Of a stretch of DNA of 64,000 nt, positions 1 through 8,338 are shown one piece after another. Position 1 is the stretch's first letter. Every line of letters starts with the position of its first letter. Source of the DNA: an uncultured Gemmatimonadales bacterium (GTDB taxonomy: Bacteria > Gemmatimonadota > Gemmatimonadetes > Longimicrobiales > RSA9); contig CAVUKA010000006.1 in the NCBI GenBank assembly GCA_963741945.1, positions 252,486 through 316,485 on the forward strand. The letters are read 5' to 3'. Both the position numbers and the translations under genes were made by a program. A model generated the notes under the pieces. That model was given only the letters and a program-made list of their open reading frames with translations. It was not told the DNA's origin and searched no databases.

Positions 1-473
1 GCGTCGACTACGCGGCACAGCTCGGCCTCCGCCCGGATGCGCTCCCCGCGCGCGAAGGGCTGAGCGTCGGCGGCACGCTGTCGCGGGGTGCGCCGCTCCG
101 GCTCGAGGGAGGGCTGGCGTACCGCGTCGAATGGACGAGGGGGCCCCGCGGGGAGGAGCGTCCCGGCGGGGCCGTCGAGCCCGCGGGCCGGAGCCCCATG
201 ACCGTGGCCGTGCGCGACGGCCAGCGCCTGGAGCTGAGCGTGGGGAGCGCACTCCTGACGGCGGACCTCGGCCCGCTCATCCGGGAGCTCGAGCGTACGG
301 CGGACCCACGGGAGCCCGGGCGGCTGCCGCCGGATCGCGCGGTCGTGCCCCTGGTGGGCGGGAGCGGCGCCCGGGCCGGTGAGCTCGTGGTGTGGCAGAT
401 CTGGGCTCAAGCCGATTCCGCGGGCTGGCGGCTCCAGCGAGTGGAGGCGCTGGCGGTGGTGGGCGCGAACTGA
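1..473 (+). CDS. 3' end of a hypothetical protein (5'-truncated by window edge)
   Basis: Frame is open from position 3 (VDYAAQLGLRPDAL...) to TGA at 471-473 with high-GC codon usage; family not recognised. Confidence 0.6.
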   Translation, partial: VDYAAQLGLRPDALPAREGLSVGGTLSRGAPLRLEGGLAYRVEWTRGPRGEERPGGAVEPAGRSPMTVAVRDGQRLELSVGSALLTADLGPLIRELERTADPREPGRLPPDRAVVPLVGGSGARAGELVVWQIWAQADSAGWRLQRVEALAVVGAN

Positions 474-608
474 GGGCTTGCGGCCGGGTTGCCGCCGTCC
501 TTAGGTCCGCCTAAACTCGGTCATCGGTCCGCTGCGGGGACGGCGTGCACGCGCGCACTCCCGGGGGCGGTTCCGGGACTGTTCGATTCCAGGTCAGGAG
601 GTCGCGCA

Positions 609-1325
609 ATGGAAGAAGTCGGCTGCGCTCGACCCACGGGAGGACCCGTCGGCGCCGCGCCGGCGGACGGGGAGGACGCGCTTCCGCAGTCAGCCACGCA
701 GGAGGAGGCGAAGATGATCAAGGTGGGCCAGAAGGCGCCGGACTTCACGGCACCCGCATATCACGAGGGGAAGTTCACGGCGGTTAAGCTGTCGGACTAC
801 CTCGGCGGGTGGATCGTCCTCTGCTTCTACCCGGGGGACTTCACGTTCGTCTGAGCGACGGAAGTGTCTGCGGTCGCAGACAAGCATGCAGTATTCCAGG
901 AAATGGGCGTACAGGTGCTCTCCATGAGCACCGACAGTGTCTTCGTGCACAAGGTGTGGAACGAGGCGGAGCTGTCGAAGATGGTGGACGGCGGCGTTCC
1001 CTTCCCCATGCTCTCGGACGCCGGCGGCAAGGTGGGAGCCGTCTACGGCGTCTACGACGAAGCCGCGGGCGTGGACACGCGCGGGCGCTTCATCATCGAC
1101 CCGGACGGCGTGGTGCAGGGCTTCGAGGTCCTCACCCCTCCGGTGGGGCGGAACGTGGCGGAGACGATCCGGCAGCTCCACGCCTTCCAGCTGGTGCGGG
1201 AGACCGGTGGTGCGGAGGCGACGCCCTCCGGCTGGCACCCGGGCAAGCCCACGCTGAAGCCGGGGCCGGACCTGGTCGGTCGGGTCTGGGAGGTCTGGAG
1301 CCCCCGTATGGAGGAGGAAGGCTGA
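609..1325 (+). CDS. prxU: Selenocysteine-containing peroxiredoxin (AhpC/Prx1 family)
   Basis: ORFs 489-854 and 864-1325 are in the same frame and joined by TGA 852-854, reading [13 protein letters not shown] (AhpC FYPxDFTFVCPTE). Also GRFIIDPDG and GRN motifs, RBS CAGGAG before ATG 609, and a SECIS hairpin downstream. Confidence 0.93.
852..882 (+). promoter_or_regulatory. Bacterial SECIS element with Sec UGA codon
   Basis: TGA 852-854, a 10-nt spacer, then stem TGTCTGC (865-871), loop GGTC and stem GCAGACA (876-882): perfect 7-bp stem with G at the start of the loop. Confidence 0.85.
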
Positions 1326-1329
1326 GGGA

Positions 1330-2073
1330 TCAGGGGAGCCGCGTGTAGCTGACGGTGATGCCCACCATGTAGCCGGTTCCTGCCTGGAAGATCCGTCGCA
1401 GCCCGAGGTGCACGTCGAGTCCCCGCACCCCGACCTGCTGCGCCGCCACCCCGACGCCGGTGAACACGGCGATCCCGGTGGACGGCGCGGCGGAGGAGCA
1501 GCGGATGTCCAGGAGGGCGCCGGGCGAGACGAACGCGGCCACGCGGACGGTCCGGAGCATCGCGATCGAGAACGGCGTGGAGAGGTCCACGGTGCATGCG
1601 TTCACCCCGGGGAGCACCCCGGGCGCGTAGCCCACGCCGAGCACGGTGCCCAGTGTGCTCGTGGCCGTGTAGTCGCCGATCAGTCCGGCCAGCGTGGGTC
1701 CCGCCGTGATGACGTTCAGCCGCGCGCGGGCGCCGAACATGGCATGGCCGCCGCATTCGGACCCGGCGAGCTCGCAGTCGCGCTGGACGTACCCTGCCGT
1801 CACGCCGAATGTCGACCCGCCGAGCCACTGCAGGTCGACGCCCGCGCCGTACGCCATGCGGAGCGGACCGCCCCCGCGCAGCTCGCCGACCACCAGCCGG
1901 CCGGCCCAGTAGCTCTTGTTCCGGGCGGCGGGCATGGGCAGCGCCAGCGGCGGGAGCGCGCCGACGGGGGTGGATCTCAGCCGTACGGCGCGCACGGAGG
2001 AAGACGCGTCCTGCGCTGCCGCCGGGGGCGCCAGCAGGAGGAGCGCGGCCGCGACCCACAGGCGCCTACTCAT
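1330..2073 (-). CDS. Hypothetical exported protein, possibly outer-membrane beta-barrel
   Basis: Signal peptide MSRRLWVAAALLLLAPPAAAQD; alternating beta-strand pattern at the C-terminus; overlaps stop of the upstream gene. Confidence 0.7.
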   Translation of the reverse strand: MSRRLWVAAALLLLAPPAAAQDASSSVRAVRLRSTPVGALPPLALPMPAARNKSYWAGRLVVGELRGGGPLRMAYGAGVDLQWLGGSTFGVTAGYVQRDCELAGSECGGHAMFGARARLNVITAGPTLAGLIGDYTATSTLGTVLGVGYAPGVLPGVNACTVDLSTPFSIAMLRTVRVAAFVSPGALLDIRCSSAAPSTGIAVFTGVGVAAQQVGVRGLDVHLGLRRIFQAGTGYMVGITVSYTRLP

Positions 2074-3145
2074 GGGGCTCCAGCCAGCGCGTGTAGACGA
2101 GCCCCCCCGCACCGTGACGGTCGTAGCGGAACACGCGCAACAGCACGCCCCGGGGCTTCAGGATGTCGAGGCGCATGAAGCCGAGGCTCTGCTGCGCCAC
2201 GTAGTAGCTCTCCCTCATCCAGACCGCGCACGCCGTCTTCGAGCCCGCGCCGCTCACGAGCAGGTAGGGCAGCGTATGCCCGCTGCGCAGGACCTGCAGG
2301 ACGTGCTCGTGCCCCGCGGCGTACACGAGTGGAGGATGGTCGGCGAAAGCGCTCGTGATCGAGTCACGCATCGTGCGGTTCGCCCTGGAGACGATGTCCT
2401 GGTTGCGCCCCCCGAAGCGGTGGAACGGTCCGCTCGGACCGCAGTACCCGCCGTGGGTTCCGCCTGTCATGAGCGGGTGGTGCCCGGCCACCACGGTGAC
2501 CCGGTCCTCCCGCCCTGGCGCCGTCATCGCCCGCAGCTTCGCCGTGACCTCGCCCGGGTCCGAGGTGCAGTCGGACCGGGCGTCCCGGACAATGTAGTCG
2601 TGCAGCCACCACTGCGTGTCCAGCAGCACCAGGTGCAGCCGGCCCGTGTCCACCGCCACCGGCCCCGGGCAGCCGTTTGCGGGGAGCATCCGGATCGGGC
2701 GGCCGCCCGCGAGGGACGCGAGCATCTCCTGCTCCAGCCGCACGGACCGGAGCCCGAACACTTCGCCGCTCGCCCAGTCGTGGTTGCCCGGGATGAAGAT
2801 GGCACGCACGCCCGCCGGGACCGACCGGAGCTGCCCCCGCAGGCGACGCCGGGCGTCCGCCCGCTCCGCCGCACCCTCTTCCCGCGCCCCCACCGGCTGG
2901 ATCCCGTCCGGGTAGACGTTGTCGCCCAGGAACAGGATCAGCGACCGCTCTGGCGCTTCGGCCGCCTGGACCGCGAGCGAATCGAGCGGGGTGCTCAGCG
3001 CGCGGCGGGGATCCGGCTCGCCCGCGTCGCCCACCAGGAAGAGCGTCGTCTCGATGGACGACGGCTCCGGCTCGACCGGGCGCACGGCGCCGTGGCAGCC
3101 GGCGGCGGCGGCGAGGAGGAGGGTGATGGACAGGTGTGGGCGCAT
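2066..3145 (-). CDS. Calcineurin-like metallophosphoesterase (lipoprotein)
   Basis: Motifs GDAG, GDNVY, GNHD, GHHP, GHEH; lipobox-like AAAGC. Confidence 0.9.
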   Translation of the reverse strand: MRPHLSITLLLAAAAGCHGAVRPVEPEPSSIETTLFLVGDAGEPDPRRALSTPLDSLAVQAAEAPERSLILFLGDNVYPDGIQPVGAREEGAAERADARRRLRGQLRSVPAGVRAIFIPGNHDWASGEVFGLRSVRLEQEMLASLAGGRPIRMLPANGCPGPVAVDTGRLHLVLLDTQWWLHDYIVRDARSDCTSDPGEVTAKLRAMTAPGREDRVTVVAGHHPLMTGGTHGGYCGPSGPFHRFGGRNQDIVSRANRTMRDSITSAFADHPPLVYAAGHEHVLQVLRSGHTLPYLLVSGAGSKTACAVWMRESYYVAQQSLGFMRLDILKPRGVLLRVFRYDRHGAGGLVYTRWLEPHE

Positions 3146-3256
3146 GGGTGTCGAATTCGGTGACCGTCCGGTCCGCTGCGCAGGTTGCGGACCAGCGCCG
3201 CGGCCCGGCCCGCGGTCGGCGGGTCAGTCCCGCTCCGTGCGAGGGGCGAGGCCCGG

Positions 3257-4471
3257 TCAGCCGAGCGGCGCGAGCTCCACCTTCACCCACCCCTGCTCCC
3301 GCCGGTCGAACGCTTCGAACGCCTCGATGGCGTCGCTGAGGGGCTCGAGCTGCGTGAGGATGCGCGACGGCTCGAACACGCCGCCGGCCACCATCTGGAC
3401 CAGCTCCGGGATGTACTTGCGGTGGTGGCAGTTCCCCATGTTCAGCGACAGGTTCCGGTTCATGGCCTCGCCGATCGGGAACGTGGTGGTCGTGCTGTCG
3501 TAGACCCCGATGATGGAGAACGTCCCGGCCTTGGCCACCGCCTTCACCCCCCAGCGCAGCACCTGGCTCGGCGCGTCCCCCGGCTTCCAGAGATCGCCGT
3601 CCGGATTGCGATCCGGGGCGTTCCGCTCCACTTCCTTCCGGAACTCCTCGGCGTGCTGCGCGGCTTTCTCCGCCGCAGGGCCCGCGTGGGCGTGCTCGGC
3701 GTCGATCCCCACCGCGTCGATCACGCGGTCGGCCCCGATCCCCCCGGTCAGCTCGCGGATCGTTTCGACCGGGTCCTCCTCGTCGAAGTTGATGACCTCC
3801 GCGCCCTGCTCACGGGCCATGTCCAGTCGGGATGGGACCGCGTCCACGGCCAGCACCCGGCCCGCGTCCATGAGGAGCGCGCTGGCGATGGCGAACTGGC
3901 CCACGGGCCCGCAGCCGAAGACGGCCACGGTGTCTCCGGGCTCGATCTCGGCCATGTCGGCTCCGAACCAGCCGGTGGGGAAGATGTCGGAGATGAGGAT
4001 GGCGTCGTCGTCGCTCACGCGGTCCGGCAGCTTCACCAGCCCGACGTTGGCGAAGGGGATGCGGGCGAACTCGGCCTGGAGCCCGTCGAACGGACCGCTG
4101 GACGCGGGGCCGCCGAAGAACGCAGTGCCCGCCTGGGGGCCGTTGGGGTTCGCGTTGTCGCACTGCGCGTAGTAGCCCGCCCTGCAGTAGGAGCAGTAGC
4201 CGCACGCGATCGTGGACGGGATCACCACGCGGTCGCCCGGAACCAGGTTCCGGACGCCGCGCCCCACCTCCTCAACCACCCCCACGCCCTCGTGGCCGAG
4301 GATCGTGCCCTCTCGCATCCCGGAGAGCGTGCCGCGTACCATGTGCAGGTCCGTTCCGCAGATGGCGCTCGCCGTGATCCGCACGATGGCGTCCGTCGGC
4401 TCCCGGATCTCCGGCTCCGCCACGTCCTCCATCCGGATGTCCCCGATCCCGTGCCAGACCACTGCCTTCAT
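3257..4471 (-). CDS. Zinc-dependent alcohol/formaldehyde dehydrogenase (MDR family)
   Basis: MKAVVWHG start, ICGTDLH, GHEGVG, CGYCSYC..C structural Zn site, GCGPVG. Confidence 0.93.
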   Translation of the reverse strand: MKAVVWHGIGDIRMEDVAEPEIREPTDAIVRITASAICGTDLHMVRGTLSGMREGTILGHEGVGVVEEVGRGVRNLVPGDRVVIPSTIACGYCSYCRAGYYAQCDNANPNGPQAGTAFFGGPASSGPFDGLQAEFARIPFANVGLVKLPDRVSDDDAILISDIFPTGWFGADMAEIEPGDTVAVFGCGPVGQFAIASALLMDAGRVLAVDAVPSRLDMAREQGAEVINFDEEDPVETIRELTGGIGADRVIDAVGIDAEHAHAGPAAEKAAQHAEEFRKEVERNAPDRNPDGDLWKPGDAPSQVLRWGVKAVAKAGTFSIIGVYDSTTTTFPIGEAMNRNLSLNMGNCHHRKYIPELVQMVAGGVFEPSRILTQLEPLSDAIEAFEAFDRREQGWVKVELAPLG

Positions 4472-4699
4472 CGCGCCCTCCCGCTCGGTGATGGAAGGCG
4501 CCGACTTCCTGACCGCTCCGGAGTCGGCGCGCTGAGCGCCTGTGAAGGCGCAGCCCGCGTGCCAGCCCCCGCCGATCAGGGCGCAGCGCTGCACCGCCTC
4601 CACGTCACGGCGGGGGCGTGCCCCTTGTATCCCCCGGGCTTCCGCCGCATGCTCCGCGTGCGAGACCAGCACCCCCATCCTCCGGACGGAGCGCTCACA

Positions 4700-5218
4700 A
4701 TGCCGATCTCCAGCCGCGGTGCCGCCCTCATCGCCCTGACCAGCGGACTGCTCGCCGCCGGCGCCACGGCCGCGGCCATGAGGCGGCCGGAGCCTGCGGC
4801 TGCGCCCGCGTCCAGCCGGGCGCACCGCGTGCACGAGATGGGCGCCGCCGTGATGCCGTTCGCGCTCGACCGGACCACGCACGTGTTCGAGATGACGGTC
4901 GACGGCGGCATCCAGGACGTGGTGGCGAAGGACGCGGCCGACACGGCCACGATCCGGCTCATCCGGCAGCATCTCGGGCACGAGGCCGCACGGTTCGGAC
5001 GGGGCGACTTCGAGGACCCGATGGCGCTGCACGGAGCCGCGATGCCCGGCGTGCAGGATCTCGCGGCCGGAGCGGACCGCCTGGAGGTCGAGTATCAGCC
5101 GCTTCCCGACGGCGGCCGGATCACCTACCGAACTGCGGATCCGGCACTCGTGACGGCCGTGCACCGGTGGTTCGGCGCCCAGCTCTCCGACCACGCCGCC
5201 GACGCCACGTATCGCTGA
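4700..5218 (+). CDS. Conserved exported hypothetical protein
   Basis: Signal peptide; VMPFALDRTTHVF...HGAAMPG...AVHRWFGAQLSDH pattern of an uncharacterised secreted family. Confidence 0.75.
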   Translation: MPISSRGAALIALTSGLLAAGATAAAMRRPEPAAAPASSRAHRVHEMGAAVMPFALDRTTHVFEMTVDGGIQDVVAKDAADTATIRLIRQHLGHEAARFGRGDFEDPMALHGAAMPGVQDLAAGADRLEVEYQPLPDGGRITYRTADPALVTAVHRWFGAQLSDHAADATYR

Positions 5219-5294
5219 CCTCGGCCGCGCGGACTCCCGGTTGGAGCTTCCGGGGCCGCGCATCGACACGGACCCCGGTGCCTGCGGGCGCGGC

Positions 5295-5822
5295 TCAGCC
5301 CACGGCCTTCTCCACGAGCGCCTCGATCCTCGCCTCGACGGCAGGCGTCAGCTCCATCAACGCGAAGGACGTGGGCCACATGGCGTCCTCGTCGAGACCG
5401 GCCTTGTCGCTGAAGCCCAGCGTCGCATACCTCGCCTTGAACTTCTGCGCGCTCTGGAAGAAGCAGATCACGTCCCCGTCCTTCGCGTACGCCGGCATTC
5501 CGTACCACGTGCGGCACGTGAGCTCCGGGGCGGCGGCCCGGATGAGCCCGTGGAGCCGCTCGGCCATGGCCCGGTCCCGGTCCGGCATCTCCGCGATCTT
5601 CGCCAGAACATCGGCCTCGCCGTCCGACTTCCCGCCGGCGCCGCCCCGGGCGGCCGCCCGGACCTCCCGCGCCCGCTCCTTCATCGCTGAGCGCTCCTCC
5701 GCGGTGAATGCGTCCTCGGCGCCGGACTTCTTCCCACGCTTCCCACTCTGCCCGCTCTGCCCGCTTTTCCCACTTTTCCCGCCCTCCCCGGCCGACTTCC
5801 GCGTGCCCTTCCCTGGACTCAT
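5295..5822 (-). CDS. DUF1801 (YdhG-like) protein
   Basis: [52 protein letters not shown]. Confidence 0.88.
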   Translation of the reverse strand: MSPGKGTRKSAGEGGKSGKSGQSGQSGKRGKKSGAEDAFTAEERSAMKERAREVRAAARGGAGGKSDGEADVLAKIAEMPDRDRAMAERLHGLIRAAAPELTCRTWYGMPAYAKDGDVICFFQSAQKFKARYATLGFSDKAGLDEDAMWPTSFALMELTPAVEARIEALVEKAVG

Positions 5823-5869
5823 CGATCCCCCTTCGCTCCGCGAGTTCCCGACACCGTCCCCGATCCCCG

Positions 5870-7231
5870 TCACGCCGCCTCCTGGCCGCCCCGGCGCCAC
5901 CGCATGGCGCCATACACGGGCAGCCCAAGAACGAGCAGCAGGAAGCCCCAGTACACGGTGTCCCGCCCGGCTCCGATGATCGCCACGACGGAATACGCGA
6001 ACGCCAGGGCGGCCACCGCGAGGCGCACGACGCTCCGTCCGCCCGCCCCCTTTCGCAGCTCCAGCATCGCCGCGGTCGTGCTCGAGAAGATGTACGGCAT
6101 CAGGGTGGAGAGGGTGGCGAGCAGGATCAGGAACGTGAACGTCTCCACCAGCCCGCGCGTGTAGTTCATCGCGATCAGCACGGTGGCCACGCCGCTCGAG
6201 AAGACGAGCCCCACGGCCGGCGTGCCGCGCGCGTTCAGCCGGTGCAGCGGGCGCGGAAGAAGGTGGTCCAGCGCCGCGGCGCGCGGCACCTGGCCCGAGA
6301 TCAGGACCCACCCGTTCAGCGCGCCGAAGCACGACACCGCGGCGCCAGCGGCGATCAGGCCGCGGCCCCACCCGCCCCAGATCACGGCCGCGGCGTCGGC
6401 GAATGGAGCAGTGGACTCCACGAGGTCAGCCGGCGCGATGATGCCCATCACCGCCACGGTCGTGATGATGTAGACGGCGGCGGCGATGAGCGTGCCGAGC
6501 AGGGTGGCCCTCGGGATGGTCCGCGACGGATCCCTCACGTCGCCGGCCGGAACGGTGCCGGACTCCAGGCCGAGGAACGCCCACAGCGTGAGCGTCACCG
6601 TCGCCATCACGGCACCGAGGGGGCTATCCCCGGACGGGTTGAACGGGACGAAATGCTGGGGCCGGAACGCGAAGAACCCGAACAGCGCCACGGCCACCAG
6701 CGGGAGGAGCTTCAGCACCGTCGTCGCAAGCTGGACCCGCCCCGCCTGGCGCACCCCCATCAGGTTGACGCCCGTGAGAAGCCACAGCGTGCCGATCGCC
6801 GCCACGGCACCGGCCATCCCGGACGTCCCGAGCGCTGGCAGGAAGACCGTGGAGTAGCTGACGAACGCCACGGCCAGCGCAGCATTCGTCGTCCACACGG
6901 AGATCCAGTACGCCCACGCCACCCAGAAGCCCCCGAAGTCGCCGAACCCCTCGCGGGCGTAAGCATACGGACCCCCCAGCCGGGGGAGCGCCGCCCCGAG
7001 CCAGGCGAACACGAGCGCCAGACACACCGCGCCGCCCGCGCTCACCAGCCACCCCACGATGCTGATCCCGCCGTACCGAGCCAGCGACGACGGCAGCAGG
7101 AAGACGCCCGAGCCGATCATGTTCCCCACGACAAGCGCCGTGCACACCCAGAGCCCCAGCCCCGCGCCGCGCGCGGCCGCGGATCCGCTGTCGGCGGGCT
7201 CCGCGCTTGGACGAGTCGCGGGTCGGGTCAT
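5870..7231 (-). CDS. APC-family amino acid permease/antiporter
   Basis: [27 protein letters not shown]; about 12 hydrophobic segments. Confidence 0.92.
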   Translation of the reverse strand: MTRPATRPSAEPADSGSAAARGAGLGLWVCTALVVGNMIGSGVFLLPSSLARYGGISIVGWLVSAGGAVCLALVFAWLGAALPRLGGPYAYAREGFGDFGGFWVAWAYWISVWTTNAALAVAFVSYSTVFLPALGTSGMAGAVAAIGTLWLLTGVNLMGVRQAGRVQLATTVLKLLPLVAVALFGFFAFRPQHFVPFNPSGDSPLGAVMATVTLTLWAFLGLESGTVPAGDVRDPSRTIPRATLLGTLIAAAVYIITTVAVMGIIAPADLVESTAPFADAAAVIWGGWGRGLIAAGAAVSCFGALNGWVLISGQVPRAAALDHLLPRPLHRLNARGTPAVGLVFSSGVATVLIAMNYTRGLVETFTFLILLATLSTLMPYIFSSTTAAMLELRKGAGGRSVVRLAVAALAFAYSVVAIIGAGRDTVYWGFLLLVLGLPVYGAMRWRRGGQEAA

Positions 7232-7309
7232 GGGCACGCTCCGGAGGGGATGGGATCGGGAAGGGGGCGTCCCCACGCTAGGGCGCGGCCCCCCGCACCG
7301 CAATCCCGC

Positions 7310-7783
7310 TCACCCGCCCGATGAGCGCGCCTGCTGCCGCCAGCGCAGCACCACGATCGTCAACAGGAACACGCGCGTGGAGGGCGCCAGCTCGTCCATC
7401 CCTTCCAGCACCGCGCTCCGGCTGAGAAGACGCGCCGGCCGGATCTCGCCGATCCGCCGGTCCCCGTGCTGAACCACGAACCGCCGCCCGGGGAAACGCG
7501 CCCGCAGCGCCAGCCCCCGGTTGTCCGCCCGGACCTGGAAGCCCGCCGGCAGCCGCGACGACTGCTCCGCCCGCGCCACCTCCCGCGCCTCCCGCCCCTG
7601 CCGCTCCAGCACGTACACCGGCCGCAGCACGCCTTCCCGATGAACCTCGTACCACTCGCCATCGAGCTCGAACGCGGCACCCGACCGGATCCGCGTCAGC
7701 TCCAGACGCGTGAGCACACGGCCATCCAGCGAAATCTCGTAGACACTCGCAAAGAGACCTTCCCGCTCCGCCCGCATCGTCAT
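7310..7783 (-). CDS. Hypothetical protein
   Basis: ATG with AGAGGA-type RBS; natural-looking 157-aa composition. Confidence 0.65.
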   Translation of the reverse strand: MTMRAEREGLFASVYEISLDGRVLTRLELTRIRSGAAFELDGEWYEVHREGVLRPVYVLERQGREAREVARAEQSSRLPAGFQVRADNRGLALRARFPGRRFVVQHGDRRIGEIRPARLLSRSAVLEGMDELAPSTRVFLLTIVVLRWRQQARSSGG

Positions 7784-7939
7784 TCGGAATCCTCTCTCCG
7801 GCCCGAGAGTCCGCGGCCCCCCGACAAGCCAAGCCGGCGTCGTATAGGGTGGGCTCGCCCTCGTGGATCAATGGATCGATCCGTGGCCTCGCCGGGTCAA
7901 GCTTCCTTCTCTCCCGGCCCCGTCCATGCCCCCCTCCTC

Positions 7940-7987
7940 TTGACAGCTACAGAACAACCCCCGACACTCTTGTAGACGGCTACAAGA
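7940..7987 (+). promoter_or_regulatory. Sigma70-like promoter and palindromic operator upstream of padR
   Basis: TTGACA (7940-45), 17 nt, GACACT (7963-68); perfect inverted repeat TCTTGTAG-ACGG-CTACAAGA (7968-7987). Confidence 0.7.
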
Positions 7988-8002
7988 ACACGGAGACGGG
8001 AC

Positions 8003-8338
8003 ATGGCCGCACGTTCGCAGTCGGACGCCCTGCGGGGCTCGCTCGACCTCCTGGTGCTGAAGACGCTCTCGCTGGAGCCGATGCACGGGTGGGGGATCAG
8101 CCAGCGTGTGCAGCAGATCTCGGAGGGAGTGCTGGAAGTGAACCAGGGCTCGCTGTACCCGGCGCTGCAGCGGCTGGAGAAGGAGGGTCTGATCACGAGC
8201 GACTGGGGGCGGACGGAGAACAACCGTCGGGCCCGGTATTACGCGCTGACGGGAGCGGGGCGCGGGGCGCTGGGGGAAGAGGTCCGGAACTGGCGCAGGT
8301 TCGCGGCGGGTCTCGAAGCCGTGTTGAGCACCGGTTGA
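8003..8338 (+). CDS. PadR-family transcriptional regulator
   Basis: LRGSLDLLVLKTL, MHGWGI, GSLYPALQRLE, ENNRRARYYALT. Confidence 0.95.
   Translation: MAARSQSDALRGSLDLLVLKTLSLEPMHGWGISQRVQQISEGVLEVNQGSLYPALQRLEKEGLITSDWGRTENNRRARYYALTGAGRGALGEEVRNWRRFAAGLEAVLSTG

Noticed and set aside
3185-5269. Mutually overlapping 677-aa and 670-aa ORFs
   Set aside because: Each is a real shorter gene (4700-5218 on +, 3257-4471 on -) extended by antisense read-through of the other
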